A stretch of DNA of 64,000 nt from an uncultured Candidatus Rokubacteria bacterium. GTDB taxonomy: Bacteria; Methylomirabilota; Methylomirabilia; Rokubacteriales; CSP1-6. Of this stretch, positions 9,672 through 19,440 are shown piece by piece (position 1 is the stretch's first letter; each line of letters opens with the position of its first letter). Position numbers and translations under genes: made by a program. The notes beneath the pieces are model-generated. The model was not told where the DNA came from, made no database searches, and worked only from the letters and a program-made list of their open reading frames with translations. The DNA lies in NCBI GenBank assembly GCA_963789955.1, contig CAWBMV010000022.1, positions 352,001-416,000 of the forward strand, given 5' to 3'.

Positions 9672-10558
9672 GCCACGGCCGGCGGCGGGGCCACGACGTC
9701 TTCGTAGCGATGGCGCTTGGTGATCAGCCCCGAATGCTGGAACACGTCGAGCGCGACCTCGAAGGCCGGACGCGTGATCTCGACGTGGGGCGACCAGCAG
9801 CCGAGCTTCTGATAGTAGGCGATAGTCGAGGTGAGGACCGCGCGGTCGATCTCCGGGAAGAAGGCCGACTCGGCCTCGGCGACCTTGGTGGCGGGTGTCA
9901 TGATGAGCCAGGCGCGCGACTTCCGGTACGCGCGCATGAACCGGCGGGCCATATCGGTGCCGAGCCATTCGCGCGTGGCCGCCAGGCTCGAGAACGCGCA
10001 CGGGCCGATCGCCTCGCCGACCGAGGCGACGACGTGGCCGGCGCCGTCGTGCTCGAGCTGCTGCGGGGCCGGACCCTGCTGGTGGATGTAGTCGCCCTGA
10101 CCCTTGCGGAACGCGCCGTCCATCTGGGCGCTCGGCACGTCGACCGCGTTGATCGCCTTGTAGTCGAGGCCGCGCTTGTGGCACGCGTACTTGAACATCG
10201 CGAGCGGCTGGCCGCCGTGGTCGACCAGCACCTGCTTGCCCTTGAGCTTGTCCCAGCTGAACTCGGGATCGGCGGCGCGGCCGGTCAGGAAGAAGCCGTC
10301 CTTCTCGTTGATCTGGGCGAAGTGGACCGCCGGCGGCGTCTGACCCTTTTCGAGCGGCCCGAAGCCCTGCGACGGGGCCGACTGGCAGACGTGCACGGTC
10401 CCGGCCACGACCCCGTCGATGGCCGACTTGCCGACCGGCGCATTGGAGTGCTTGGGCTGCAGGCCTTCTTCCTTCAAGAACCCGCCGGCGATCGTGGCGA
10501 TCAGCGGCGAGTAGAACGCCGAGAAGCGCGTGAACTGGATGTGGATCTCTTCGCTCAA
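9668..10558 (-). CDS. NMT1/THI5-like ABC substrate-binding protein
   Basis: SAFYSPLI..GGFLKEEGL N-terminus; family-like overall pattern. Confidence 0.75.
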   Translation of the reverse strand: MSEEIHIQFTRFSAFYSPLIATIAGGFLKEEGLQPKHSNAPVGKSAIDGVVAGTVHVCQSAPSQGFGPLEKGQTPPAVHFAQINEKDGFFLTGRAADPEFSWDKLKGKQVLVDHGGQPLAMFKYACHKRGLDYKAINAVDVPSAQMDGAFRKGQGDYIHQQGPAPQQLEHDGAGHVVASVGEAIGPCAFSSLAATREWLGTDMARRFMRAYRKSRAWLIMTPATKVAEAESAFFPEIDRAVLTSTIAYYQKLGCWSPHVEITRPAFEVALDVFQHSGLITKRHRYEDVVAPPPAVA

Positions 10559-10588
10559 CGAACCCTCCTCAGGGGCGGCTGGTGAGAC

Positions 10589-10653
10589 ACAATCGCGCTC
10601 CGCGGCGGCGGAGTCAAGCGGGCTTGACCCGCGCTTCGTCCGCCCCGTAGAAT
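10589..10653. promoter_or_regulatory. Back-to-back divergent sigma70-like promoters
   Basis: Plus strand TTGACC-N18-TAGAAT (10624-10653); minus strand TTGACT-N17-GATTGT; palindrome TCAAGC-gg-GCTTGA (10614-10627) spans both -35 boxes. Confidence 0.6.
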
Positions 10654-10668
10654 TCCGCTACTCGACTC

Positions 10669-11877
10669 GTGAAGCCCGAAGATCTGCCGCTGGCCGGCGT
10701 CACCATCCTGGATCTGACCCGCGTCCTGGCCGGACCCTACTGCACGCGCTTGCTCTGCGATCTGGGCGCCCGCGTCATCAAGATCGAGCGCCAGGGCGAG
10801 GGCGACGACATGCGGCGCAACTATCTGCAGCTCGAGCCCGGCCGGGCCGATCAGAGCAGCTACTTCACCCGGGTGAACGCCGGCAAGGAGAGCGTCAGCG
10901 TCGACCTCGCGCGGCCCGAGGGCCAGGCGATCGTGCAGGACCTGGCGACGAAGGCCGACGTGGTCGTGGAGAACTTCATGCCCGGGGTCGTGGCGCGCTT
11001 GCGGTGCGACTACGCGACGCTGCGCGCCCTGAAGCCCGACCTCATCTATTGCTCGATCTCGGGCTTCGGGCAGACCGGCCCGTGGCGCGCGCGCCCGGCC
11101 TTCGCCCACATCATCAACGCGGTCTCGGGCCTGATGCATCTCGAGCAGGGCGACGAGCCCGCGCCGCGCACGTCGAATCTCCAGGCGGCCGACGTCCTGG
11201 CCGGCACGCACGCCGCGGTCGCCATCCTGGGCGCGATCACGCGCAAGGCGCGCACCGGCCAGGGCGCGCACCTCGACGTCTCGATGCTCGAGGCCCTCGT
11301 CGCGGCCGACAGCGTGACGTACGCCGCCGTCCTCAACGGCGGCCAGGAGTTCGGCAACCCGCGGCCGGGCATGATCGTGGCGCCGATCGGCGATCGCTAT
11401 CTCGCGATGCAGTTCACCGGGTCGGGCGAGCTCTGGCCGCGTTTGCTCTCGGTGATGGGCCGCCCCGAGCTCGGGCGCGACCCGCGCTTCGACACCGCCG
11501 AGAAGCGGCGCACGAACTGGCGCGAGCTGCGCCCGATCGTCGAGTCGTGGCTCGGCACCTTCGCCTCGGTCGAGGACGCGCGCAAGACCTTGTCGGAGGC
11601 GCGCATCCCGTGCGCGCCCGTCCTGAGGCCGGCCGAGGTGATCGCCGAGCCGCACATGGCCGAGCGGAAGTTCTTCCCCGAATTGCCGCATCCCGGCCGC
11701 GGCACGGTGCGGGTGACGGCCAGCCCGTACCACATCGACGGCGAGCCGGTGCATCCGCGGGGCCCGGCCGCCTATCGCGTCGGCGAGCACACTCGCGCGG
11801 TGCTCGGCGATCTCCTCGGCTACCCGCCCGCGCGCATCGCCGAGCTCGCGCGCAACGGCGTCATCGACGCTCCCTGA
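10669..11877 (+). CDS. CaiB/BaiF class III CoA-transferase
   Basis: LDLTRVLAGPYC, GARVIKIE, ENFMPG, SISGFGQTGP. Confidence 0.92.
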   Translation: MKPEDLPLAGVTILDLTRVLAGPYCTRLLCDLGARVIKIERQGEGDDMRRNYLQLEPGRADQSSYFTRVNAGKESVSVDLARPEGQAIVQDLATKADVVVENFMPGVVARLRCDYATLRALKPDLIYCSISGFGQTGPWRARPAFAHIINAVSGLMHLEQGDEPAPRTSNLQAADVLAGTHAAVAILGAITRKARTGQGAHLDVSMLEALVAADSVTYAAVLNGGQEFGNPRPGMIVAPIGDRYLAMQFTGSGELWPRLLSVMGRPELGRDPRFDTAEKRRTNWRELRPIVESWLGTFASVEDARKTLSEARIPCAPVLRPAEVIAEPHMAERKFFPELPHPGRGTVRVTASPYHIDGEPVHPRGPAAYRVGEHTRAVLGDLLGYPPARIAELARNGVIDAP

Positions 11878-12030
11878 GGCGACTCGCTGGCTCGACTCGT
11901 GCCCGTGGTACGCCAGCCCAAGTAGAGCGCGCCGAGTAGACGGCGGCGTGTATCGCTGGTACCACTGAAAATATGCGAGTGAACGCGAGCTCGCCGGGAG
12001 GCGGCGCGCTCGCGGTGAAGGAGAGACGCG

Positions 12031-12183
12031 ATGATTCGCAAGCTCAGCTCCGGAGGATATCGACTCTATTCGCGCAAGCGGAATCCGAAGACGGGCAAAC
12101 GCCGCAACCTGGGTACGTTCCGGACGCGACGCGCGGCGGAAGCGCACGAGCGCGCGGTCCAGTACTTCAAATCCCGCGGCTGA
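12031..12183 (+). CDS. 50-aa basic protein, AP2/integrase arm-binding-like (absent from ORF track)
   Basis: AAGGAG RBS; MIRKLSSGGYRLYSRKRNPKTGKRRNLGTFRTRRAAEAHERAVQYFKSRG-stop. Confidence 0.8.
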   Translation: MIRKLSSGGYRLYSRKRNPKTGKRRNLGTFRTRRAAEAHERAVQYFKSRG

Positions 12184-12240
12184 GCCTGGCGGCCGGCGCC
12201 CTGCACGCGCCCCACTCGCGCTCGACATACGATCGGGGCG

Positions 12241-13122
12241 ATGAGGCTTCGTGAGCTCGCGACTGCGCTCGCGCTGTGCGTCGCCGTGGCGGGCTGCGCC
12301 TCGACGCTCTCCGGACCGTCGATGGCGACCAGCACACCCAACGGCACCTCGGAGCAGATCCCGATCGAGCTCGTGAAACCCGACGGCGCGGGACCGTTTC
12401 CGGCCGTCGTGATCATGCACGACTGCAGCGGCCTCGGTTCGCGCTCGAGCGGCGCTCCCGGTCGCTGGGCGAAGGAGCTGGTGGGACGGGGCTACGTGGT
12501 GCTCATGCCCGACAGCTTCTCCACGCGTGGCCATCCCGACGGCGTGTGCACCGACTCGTCACGGAGCCGGGACGACGTGAGCCCCGGGCGTCGCGCGCGC
12601 GACGCCTACGCGGCGCTCGCCTATCTGAGGGCCCTGTCCTACGTCGACGGGGCGCACGTCGGGCTCATGGGCGGGTCGCACGGGGGATCCACGACCTTGA
12701 CGTCGATGATCGCCCCGGACAGCGACGCGGATCTCCTCGCGCGGGAGAAGCGTGCGGGCTTTGCCGCCGCGGTCGCGCTGTATCCGGGGTGCGTGGCGTC
12801 GCGCCGAACCTGGACCAACACCGGTGTGTACCGGCCGGTCGCGCCGCTGCTGATCTTGATCGGCGACAAGGATGACTGGACGCCGTCGGAGCCGTGCCGG
12901 AAGTTGACCGACGCCGCGCAGCAGGCGGGCTACCCGGTGACGATCAAGATCTACCCGGGCGCGTACCACTCGTTCGACAGCTACAGCCCCGTGCGCTACG
13001 TGGCCGCCCGCGTCAACCTCAATGCGCCGGGTGGCCGCGGTGCGACGACGGGCGGCGACCCCGCGGCCTGGGCCGACAGCATCCGCGAAGTCGTCGCCTT
13101 CTTCGGCCGCTATCTGCGGTAG
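12241..13122 (+). CDS. Dienelactone hydrolase-family lipoprotein
   Basis: Lipobox VAGC, HDCSG, GGSHGG, DDWTP, AYHSFD. Confidence 0.85.
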   Translation: MRLRELATALALCVAVAGCASTLSGPSMATSTPNGTSEQIPIELVKPDGAGPFPAVVIMHDCSGLGSRSSGAPGRWAKELVGRGYVVLMPDSFSTRGHPDGVCTDSSRSRDDVSPGRRARDAYAALAYLRALSYVDGAHVGLMGGSHGGSTTLTSMIAPDSDADLLAREKRAGFAAAVALYPGCVASRRTWTNTGVYRPVAPLLILIGDKDDWTPSEPCRKLTDAAQQAGYPVTIKIYPGAYHSFDSYSPVRYVAARVNLNAPGGRGATTGGDPAAWADSIREVVAFFGRYLR

Positions 13123-13160
13123 CGCGTCACCGCCGGCGCGTCCGCGCTCGCCGTCGCACG

Positions 13161-14489
13161 TCAGCGCGCCATCCGACGCATGATCGGCGAGGTGCTGCCG
13201 GCGTTCGGCTCGGCGGACACCGTCACGGCCTCTCGCAGTCTTGCCGCCGCGGTCTCGGCCTCGGTGGTCGAGCGCGCGTGAACGATCGCGATCGGTCGAT
13301 CGCGGTCGACTGAGTCTCCCACGCCGCGCACGTCGGCCAGCCCCACCGCCGGATCGATCGTGTCCTCGACGTGCCGGCGGCCGCCGCCGAGCTCGACCAC
13401 GATCAACCCGAGCGATCGAGCGTCCACTCGCTCCACGAACCCGGCGGCGTCCGGCGTCACGGCCACTTCGACCGGCGCCCGCGAGAGATGGCGCTCAGGG
13501 CGCTCGACGAGATCGCGCGGGCCGCCGAGTGCTGCGATCATGCGCGCGAAGCGCTCGGCCGCCGCGCCCGAGCTCAGGGCTTTGTCCACCGCAGCCGAGG
13601 CGGTGGCGAGATCGCGAGCCAACCCGCCCAGCACCAGGAGCTCGCTCGCCAGGGTGGTCGTCACGGTATAGAGCCGATCGTCGCGTCGTCGTCCCGTGAG
13701 CACGCCGATCGCCTCGTGCACCTCGAGGGCGTTGCCGACGTCATGACCGAGCACCTGGCTCATGTCGGTCAGCAGCGCCGAGGTGCGCAGGCCCGCGCCC
13801 TCGGCCACCGCGAGCAGGCTCTCGGTGAGGTCGATCGCCGCCTCGATCGAGGTCGCGAATGCGCCCGAGCCGACCTTGACGTCGATGACCAGCGCGTCGA
13901 GCCCGGCCGCCAGCTTCTTCGAGAGGATCGACGCGGTGATCAGCGGAATGGAGTCGACGGTGGCGGTCACGTCGCGAATCGCGTAGAGCCGCCGGTCGGC
14001 CGGAGCGAGATCGGCCGTCTGGCCGACGATCGCGCAGCCGGCTTCGCGCACGGCGGCGCGGAAGCGGGTGAGGTCGGGCGCGACGTCGTAGCCGGGGACG
14101 CTGCTCAGCTTGTCGAGCGTGCCGCCCGTGTGACCGAGGCCGCGACCCGAGACCATCGGGACCACCCCGCCGCACGCCGCCACGACCGGCGCCAGGATCA
14201 GGCTCACCTTGTCGCCGACGCCGCCGGTGGAGTGCTTGTCGAGAATCGGACCATTCCTGTCCGACCACGCGAGGACCGAGCCCGAGCGCGTCATCGCCCG
14301 CGTCAGCGATGCGCACTCCGCGCGCGTCATACCGCGGAAGTAGACGGCCATCGCGAAGGCGGCGATCTGGGCGTCACTGACCGAGCCGTCGACGATGCCG
14401 GCGACCAGGGTGGAGATCGCCTCGTCGCTGAGGGGTGCGCCGTCTCGCTTGCGGCGGATCAGCTCCGCCGCAATCCCACGAGCCGTCAC
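13161..14489 (-). CDS. deoA: Thymidine / pyrimidine-nucleoside phosphorylase
   Basis: IRRKRDG, DKHSTGGVGDK, SGRGLGHTGGTLDKL, ASILSKKLA. Confidence 0.93.
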   Translation of the reverse strand: MTARGIAAELIRRKRDGAPLSDEAISTLVAGIVDGSVSDAQIAAFAMAVYFRGMTRAECASLTRAMTRSGSVLAWSDRNGPILDKHSTGGVGDKVSLILAPVVAACGGVVPMVSGRGLGHTGGTLDKLSSVPGYDVAPDLTRFRAAVREAGCAIVGQTADLAPADRRLYAIRDVTATVDSIPLITASILSKKLAAGLDALVIDVKVGSGAFATSIEAAIDLTESLLAVAEGAGLRTSALLTDMSQVLGHDVGNALEVHEAIGVLTGRRRDDRLYTVTTTLASELLVLGGLARDLATASAAVDKALSSGAAAERFARMIAALGGPRDLVERPERHLSRAPVEVAVTPDAAGFVERVDARSLGLIVVELGGGRRHVEDTIDPAVGLADVRGVGDSVDRDRPIAIVHARSTTEAETAAARLREAVTVSAEPNAGSTSPIMRRMAR

Positions 14490-15553
14490 AGACCCTCGAA
14501 CACGTCGGACCACTCCTCCAGCATCTCCGGGTAGCCGTGCCGGACGGTGAGGCCGACGTGGTCGAATCCGGCCCGGCCGAGCTCGCGGATCCGCTCGCGC
14601 AGCTCGGCCTTGCGCGCGGTGAAGGTGGTCGCGCGAATCAGCTCGGCCGTGCAGATCGCCTGCTCCTCGGGGCGCAGGAACATCAGGTGCCCGCGATGAT
14701 TGCTCAGGTACCGCGCGTCTTCGGGCTCGTAGCCGAGGTAGATCTTGCGGTACTGCTCGAGCAGCGGCGCGAGGCTCGGCGGCAGCGGCCGTCCCAGATC
14801 GCCGAACTGATCGCGCTCGACCAGGTTGTGGAGCGCGATCGTCGCGGTCGGCCCGGCGTGCGCCTTGGCCCGCGGGCTGTCGCTCGCCTCACCGTCGGCG
14901 AGCACACACCCGGCGATCGCAGCGGTCGCGACGAGCCGGGCCGGGTCGCGGCCGGCGTCGCGCCAGGCGGTCTGCATGTCGCCGATGGCCGAGGCGGCAT
15001 GGTTCACGTTGGAGGTCGCGTGGATGAATCCAGCCCCGAGCTTGGCCGTGAGCCGTCGCGCGCGCGGCCCCATCGCCGAGACGTGAACGGGAATCGGATC
15101 CTCGATGTTGATGGCCCCGATCTCGGGATTCAGAAAGCGGATCTTGCGGCGCTTGTCCTCGAAGGTCCACTCGAGCGTCTGGCCCGCGAGCAGGCCGGAC
15201 ACGACGCGCACGTACTCTTCCATGTCGGCGAGCTTGACCGGCCGGAGCCCGAGGGTCCGCCGGGCGGTGAAGCCGGTCGAGATGCCGAAATCGATCCGGC
15301 CGGGCGCGAGCGCGTTGAGCGTGGCCAGCCCGCTGGCGGCGACGGGCGCGATGCGGTTCGACGGGATCAGCACGCCGGTGCCGAGACGGATCTTCGTCGT
15401 CTGCATGGCCGCGGCCGCCATCGAGGCGAAGAGCTCCGAGTTGAGGAGCTGCGTGTCGTAGAACCAGGCGCGGCGAAAGCCGAGCGCCTCGGCGCGCTTC
15501 ACGACCTTCCACGAGTCGGCGGCGGGCGCCAGGAAGATGTCGAATTCCATCAC
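14486..15553 (-). CDS. LLM-class flavin-dependent oxidoreductase
   Basis: AEALGFRRAWFYD, IRLGTGV, APGRIDFGISTG; stop overlaps the deoA GTG. Confidence 0.9.
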   Translation of the reverse strand: MMEFDIFLAPAADSWKVVKRAEALGFRRAWFYDTQLLNSELFASMAAAAMQTTKIRLGTGVLIPSNRIAPVAASGLATLNALAPGRIDFGISTGFTARRTLGLRPVKLADMEEYVRVVSGLLAGQTLEWTFEDKRRKIRFLNPEIGAINIEDPIPVHVSAMGPRARRLTAKLGAGFIHATSNVNHAASAIGDMQTAWRDAGRDPARLVATAAIAGCVLADGEASDSPRAKAHAGPTATIALHNLVERDQFGDLGRPLPPSLAPLLEQYRKIYLGYEPEDARYLSNHRGHLMFLRPEEQAICTAELIRATTFTARKAELRERIRELGRAGFDHVGLTVRHGYPEMLEEWSDVFEGL

Positions 15554-15580
15554 GGCTCTCCAGGGATCATTCGCACGGTC

Positions 15581-15994
15581 TCACGTCGGACGGTTCAAGG
15601 TATTGGGTCCAAAGGCCATCGGCAACAGCTCGCCCAGGGTCGCGGTGAGCCGGACACCGTCGGGCCCACACAGGTGAACGCGCGTCGTCGCGCTCGCGAA
15701 CTCGGCGAGCTGCTGGCGGCAGCGCCCGCACGGCGGACACGGCTCCATGCCCTCGGTCACGATGACGACCTCGACAACCTGGCGCTCGCCCGCGGCGACC
15801 ATGGCGCCGATGGCGGTGGCCTCGGCACACTGCGTGACCGGATACGACGCGTTCTCGACGTTGCAGCCTGCGTAGAGCTGCCCGCTGCTGGTGCGAATGC
15901 AGGCGCCGATCCGAAAGCGCGAGTACGGCGCATGGGCGTTGGCGAGCGCCTGGCGCGCGAGGTCGAGCATGGGTTCGAGGGGCTCGGAGCTCAT
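15581..15994 (-). CDS. cdd: Cytidine deaminase (homotetrameric Cys type)
   Basis: APYSRF, GCNVENASY, CAE, PCGRCRQ. Confidence 0.95.
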   Translation of the reverse strand: MSSEPLEPMLDLARQALANAHAPYSRFRIGACIRTSSGQLYAGCNVENASYPVTQCAEATAIGAMVAAGERQVVEVVIVTEGMEPCPPCGRCRQQLAEFASATTRVHLCGPDGVRLTATLGELLPMAFGPNTLNRPT

Positions 15995-16965
15995 CGTTCC
16001 TTCACGTAGGGCACCCCGATCGCGCGCGGCGCCACGGCGCGTCCGACGAAGCCGGCCAGCAGCAGGACCGTCAGGACGTAGGGGATGGCCTGGATGAGCT
16101 GCACCGGCACGACGCCCACCAACGGCAACGGCGTACCTTGCAAACGCGCCTGCACGACGTCGGCGAAGGCGAAGAGCAGACAGGCGCCGAGCGTCGGCAC
16201 GGGGCGCCACTGTCCGAAGATCAGCGCGGCCAGCGCGAGGTAGCCCTTGCCGGCCGACATGTCGCGGATGAACGACGCGTTGTGCGCGATCGAGAGATAC
16301 GCGCCCGACAGTCCGCAGAGCACGCCGCTCGCCGCCAGCGCCCGATAGCGTACGCCGGACACCGAGATGCCGGCGGTGTCGACCGCGCCTGGACTCTCGC
16401 CGACGGCGCGCAGGCGCAGGCCGAAGCGGGTCCGGTAGACGATCCAGGCGACGGCGGGGACGGCCACGGCGGCAATGTACACGAGGAGGTTGTGGCCGCT
16501 CAGGACTTCGCGATAGATCAGGCCGAGGCCCGGAATCGCCCCGAGCGCCGCGACGCCCGGAAGCTCGATCGGCGCGAAGCGCGCGCCGGGACCGAGCAGG
16601 GGAGTCTGCCCGCCTTCATGGAACCACGCGTAGCCGAGCACGACGGTCAGTCCGGAGATCGTGATGTTGAGCGCCATGCCGGAGACGACCTGGTTGCCGT
16701 GGTGCGTGATGCAGGCGAATCCGTGCACGAGCCCCACGAGCACCGCCGCGGCGATTCCGGCGGCCAGCCCCGCCCACGCCGAGCCGGTGACCGCCGCCGT
16801 CGCGGCCGCCGCGAACGCCGAGGCGAGCATCTTGCCCTCGAGCCCGATGTCGACGATGCCCGAGCGCTCGGCGAAGAGCCCCCCGAGCGCCGCCAGCACC
16901 AGCGGCACGGCGCCGCGCGCCGTCGCCGCCGCGAGCAGCGCGATCAGCAGCACGCTGTCGCTCAC
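15991..16965 (-). CDS. Nucleoside ABC transporter permease
   Basis: ERSGIVDIGLEG, TRFGLRLRAVGE, GKGYLALAALIFG. Confidence 0.92.
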   Translation of the reverse strand: MSDSVLLIALLAAATARGAVPLVLAALGGLFAERSGIVDIGLEGKMLASAFAAAATAAVTGSAWAGLAAGIAAAVLVGLVHGFACITHHGNQVVSGMALNITISGLTVVLGYAWFHEGGQTPLLGPGARFAPIELPGVAALGAIPGLGLIYREVLSGHNLLVYIAAVAVPAVAWIVYRTRFGLRLRAVGESPGAVDTAGISVSGVRYRALAASGVLCGLSGAYLSIAHNASFIRDMSAGKGYLALAALIFGQWRPVPTLGACLLFAFADVVQARLQGTPLPLVGVVPVQLIQAIPYVLTVLLLAGFVGRAVAPRAIGVPYVKER

Positions 16966-18095
16966 GCGCTGGTCGTCATGGCCGGGCGCTCGCGCGCGCC
17001 GGCCGGCGCAGGAGTGTGTCGAGCGGGGTGCGCAGCGCGTGCTCGAGGGCGCCGCAGACGAGGATGATCAGCCCCTGGATGACCACCACCATGTCGCGCG
17101 TGAGCTTCGGCATGTCGAACGAGAGCTCCGAGCCGCCCTGATAGAGCGCGCCGAACAGGACCGCGGCGATCACGATGCCGACGGGATGGTTGCGGCCCAT
17201 CAGGGCCACCGCGATCCCGACGTAGCCGGCGCCGCCGGGGAAGTTCAGGAGCAGCCGATGCTGTACGCCCATGACCTCGTTCAGGCTCATGAGGCCGGCC
17301 AGCGCGCCCGAGATCGACATGGCCACGATCACCGTGCGCGCGGGCTGGATGCCTCCGTAGATCGCGGCCGTCTCGTTGTGGCCCAGCGCGCGCAGCTCGT
17401 AACCCCAGCGCGTATGCCAGAGGTAGAGCCAGACGAGACCGCCGACCGCCAGCGCCAGGAGCAGCGAGAGATTGACCGGCGAGCGGCCGATCTCCCAGCC
17501 GATCGATCGAGCCAGGTCGTGGAGCTGCGGCATCCACGCGCTCGGGGCGAACTCGCGCGTCTCGGGCGATTGCTGGCCGGGCTTGATCAGGACGTTGACG
17601 AGGAGGTGCGTCATCACCGCCGAGGCGATGAAATTGAACATGATCGTGGTGATCACGACGTGGCTGCCGCGCTTGGCCTGCAGCCACGCGGGCACGAACG
17701 CCCACGCGGCGCCGCCGGCCGCCGCCACGACGACGGCGGCGAGAATGACCAGTATGGTCGGCCAGCCGCCGGCGCCGAGGCACAGCAGCGCCACGCCGAG
17801 GCCGCCGATGTAGGCCTGGCCCTCGGCTCCGATGTTGAAGAGGCCGCCGTGGAACGCGACGGCGACGGCGAGGCCGGTGAAGATGAAGTTGGTCGCGTAG
17901 TAGAGGGTGTAGCCGATCGCCTCGGCGTTCCCGAACGCGCCGCTCACCAGCAGGCGCAGCGCTCGCGTCGGACTCTCGCCGATCAGGAGCACCACCACCG
18001 CGGACAGGACCAGCGCGAGCGCGAGGTTGATGGCCGGCAGCAGCACCGGAACGACCCAGCCGAGCCGCGCGCGTTCCGAGAGTCGCCGCTGTCAT
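16962..18095 (-). CDS. Nucleoside ABC transporter permease (frameshifts near both ends)
   Basis: GLFNIGAEGQ, HVVITTIMFNFIA, GIAVALMGRNHP. Confidence 0.88.
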   Translation of the reverse strand: MTAATLGTRAARLGRSGAAAGHQPRARAGPVRGGGAPDRRESDASAAPAGERRVRERRGDRLHPLLRDQLHLHRPRRRRRVPRRPLQHRSRGPGLHRRPRRGAAVPRRRRLADHTGHSRRRRRGGGRRRRVGVRARVAAGQARQPRRDHHDHVQFHRLGGDDAPPRQRPDQARPAIARDARVRPERVDAAAPRPGSIDRLGDRPLAGQSLAAPGAGGRRSRLALPLAYALGLRAARAGPQRDGRDLRRHPARAHGDRGHVDLGRAGRPHEPERGHGRTASAAPELPRRRRLRRDRGGPDGPQPSRRHRDRRGPVRRALSGRLGALVRHAEAHARHGGGHPGADHPRLRRPRARAAHPARHTPAPAGARERPAMTTSA

Positions 18096-18157
18096 CCCGG
18101 GATTATCGCGCACGCCCCGCGCCGAAGTCGACGCCGATGGCCGCGCGCCGCTCGCGA

Positions 18158-19357
18158 CTAATCGTCGAACCCGCGGATTCGGCGGAGCTCGGGGAACAGA
18201 ACGATCCAGAGAACCGCGACGGCGATCGTGCCGATGCCGCCCAGGAGCACCGCGGGCACCGTCCCGACGAGGGCCGCGACGAGGCCGGACTCGAACGCGC
18301 CCAGCTGGTTGGACGTGCCGGTGAAGAGCGAATGCACCGCGCTCACCCGGCCGAGCATCGTGATGGGCGTCCGGATCTGGACGAGCGACGAGCGAATGAC
18401 GACGCTCACGACGTCGGCGGCGCCCAGGACGCCGAGCGCCAGGAAGGAGAGCGCGAAGTTGGACGAGATGCCGAACGCCACCGTCGCCGCACCGAACACG
18501 AAGACGGCGCGAAACAAGGTTCGCCCGATGCGCCACTGAAGCGGACGGTACGCGAGGAAGAGCGAGGTCAGGAGCGCGCCCACCGCCGGCGCCGAGCGGA
18601 GCAGACCGAGTCCGCCAGGGCCCGCGCCGAGAATGTCCCGGGCATAGATCGGCAGCAGGGCCGTGGCACCGCCGCCGAGCAGCACGGCGAACATGTCGAG
18701 CGACATCGTGCCGAGCAACACGCGCTGACCGCGGATGAACACGATCCCCGAGAGCACGCTCTCGAGCACGACCGGCTCCGAGGTCCGTGCCGTCTGCCCG
18801 GTCCGGATGAGCGCGGTGCAGACGCCCGAGGCGACGAACAGTGCACCGGCCGTCAGATAGGTCGTGCCGGGGCCGATCACATAGAGAAAGCCGCCGAGCG
18901 CCGGCCCGACGATCCGTGCCGTCTGCGTCGCCGACACGAGCCAGGCCATCGCGCGCGCGACGAGCGGCTTGCCGACGACGTCGGACACGAGCGCCGTCGT
19001 GGTGGGGTTCTCGAACGCCCGCGCGGCGCCGACGAGCGCCACCGTCGCGAAGATGCTCGTGCTGGAGAGCCACCCGTGGACGCTGCCGGCCACGAGCACG
19101 GCGGCGGCCCCGGCCTCGACGAGCTGACAGATCGAGGCGATCAGGCGGCGATCGTAGCGGTCGGCGACCTGTCCGACGATCAACGTCAGCACCACGATCG
19201 GCGCGAACTGGGCGAGGCCGACCAGCCCGAGGTCCAGCGCGCTGCCGGTCAGCGCGTAGAGCTGCCAGCCGACGGCGACGCCCAGCATGTTGAACGCGAG
19301 GTTCGAGAGAATGCGCGAGCACCAGAGCAGGGTGAAGGCGGGGCGGGCGAGCAGCAC
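18158..19357 (-). CDS. MFS transporter (MFS_3/EntS-like)
   Basis: Multiple hydrophobic helices, GQVADRYDRR, LDMFAVLLGG. Confidence 0.9.
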   Translation of the reverse strand: MLLARPAFTLLWCSRILSNLAFNMLGVAVGWQLYALTGSALDLGLVGLAQFAPIVVLTLIVGQVADRYDRRLIASICQLVEAGAAAVLVAGSVHGWLSSTSIFATVALVGAARAFENPTTTALVSDVVGKPLVARAMAWLVSATQTARIVGPALGGFLYVIGPGTTYLTAGALFVASGVCTALIRTGQTARTSEPVVLESVLSGIVFIRGQRVLLGTMSLDMFAVLLGGGATALLPIYARDILGAGPGGLGLLRSAPAVGALLTSLFLAYRPLQWRIGRTLFRAVFVFGAATVAFGISSNFALSFLALGVLGAADVVSVVIRSSLVQIRTPITMLGRVSAVHSLFTGTSNQLGAFESGLVAALVGTVPAVLLGGIGTIAVAVLWIVLFPELRRIRGFDD

Positions 19358-19440
19358 CGCGGAATCGTAGCAGAACGGCGCCGGCGTACGCGGCACGACG
19401 CCGGGCTCGCGTGATACTGTCTGGCCGACGGAGGGCGCCG

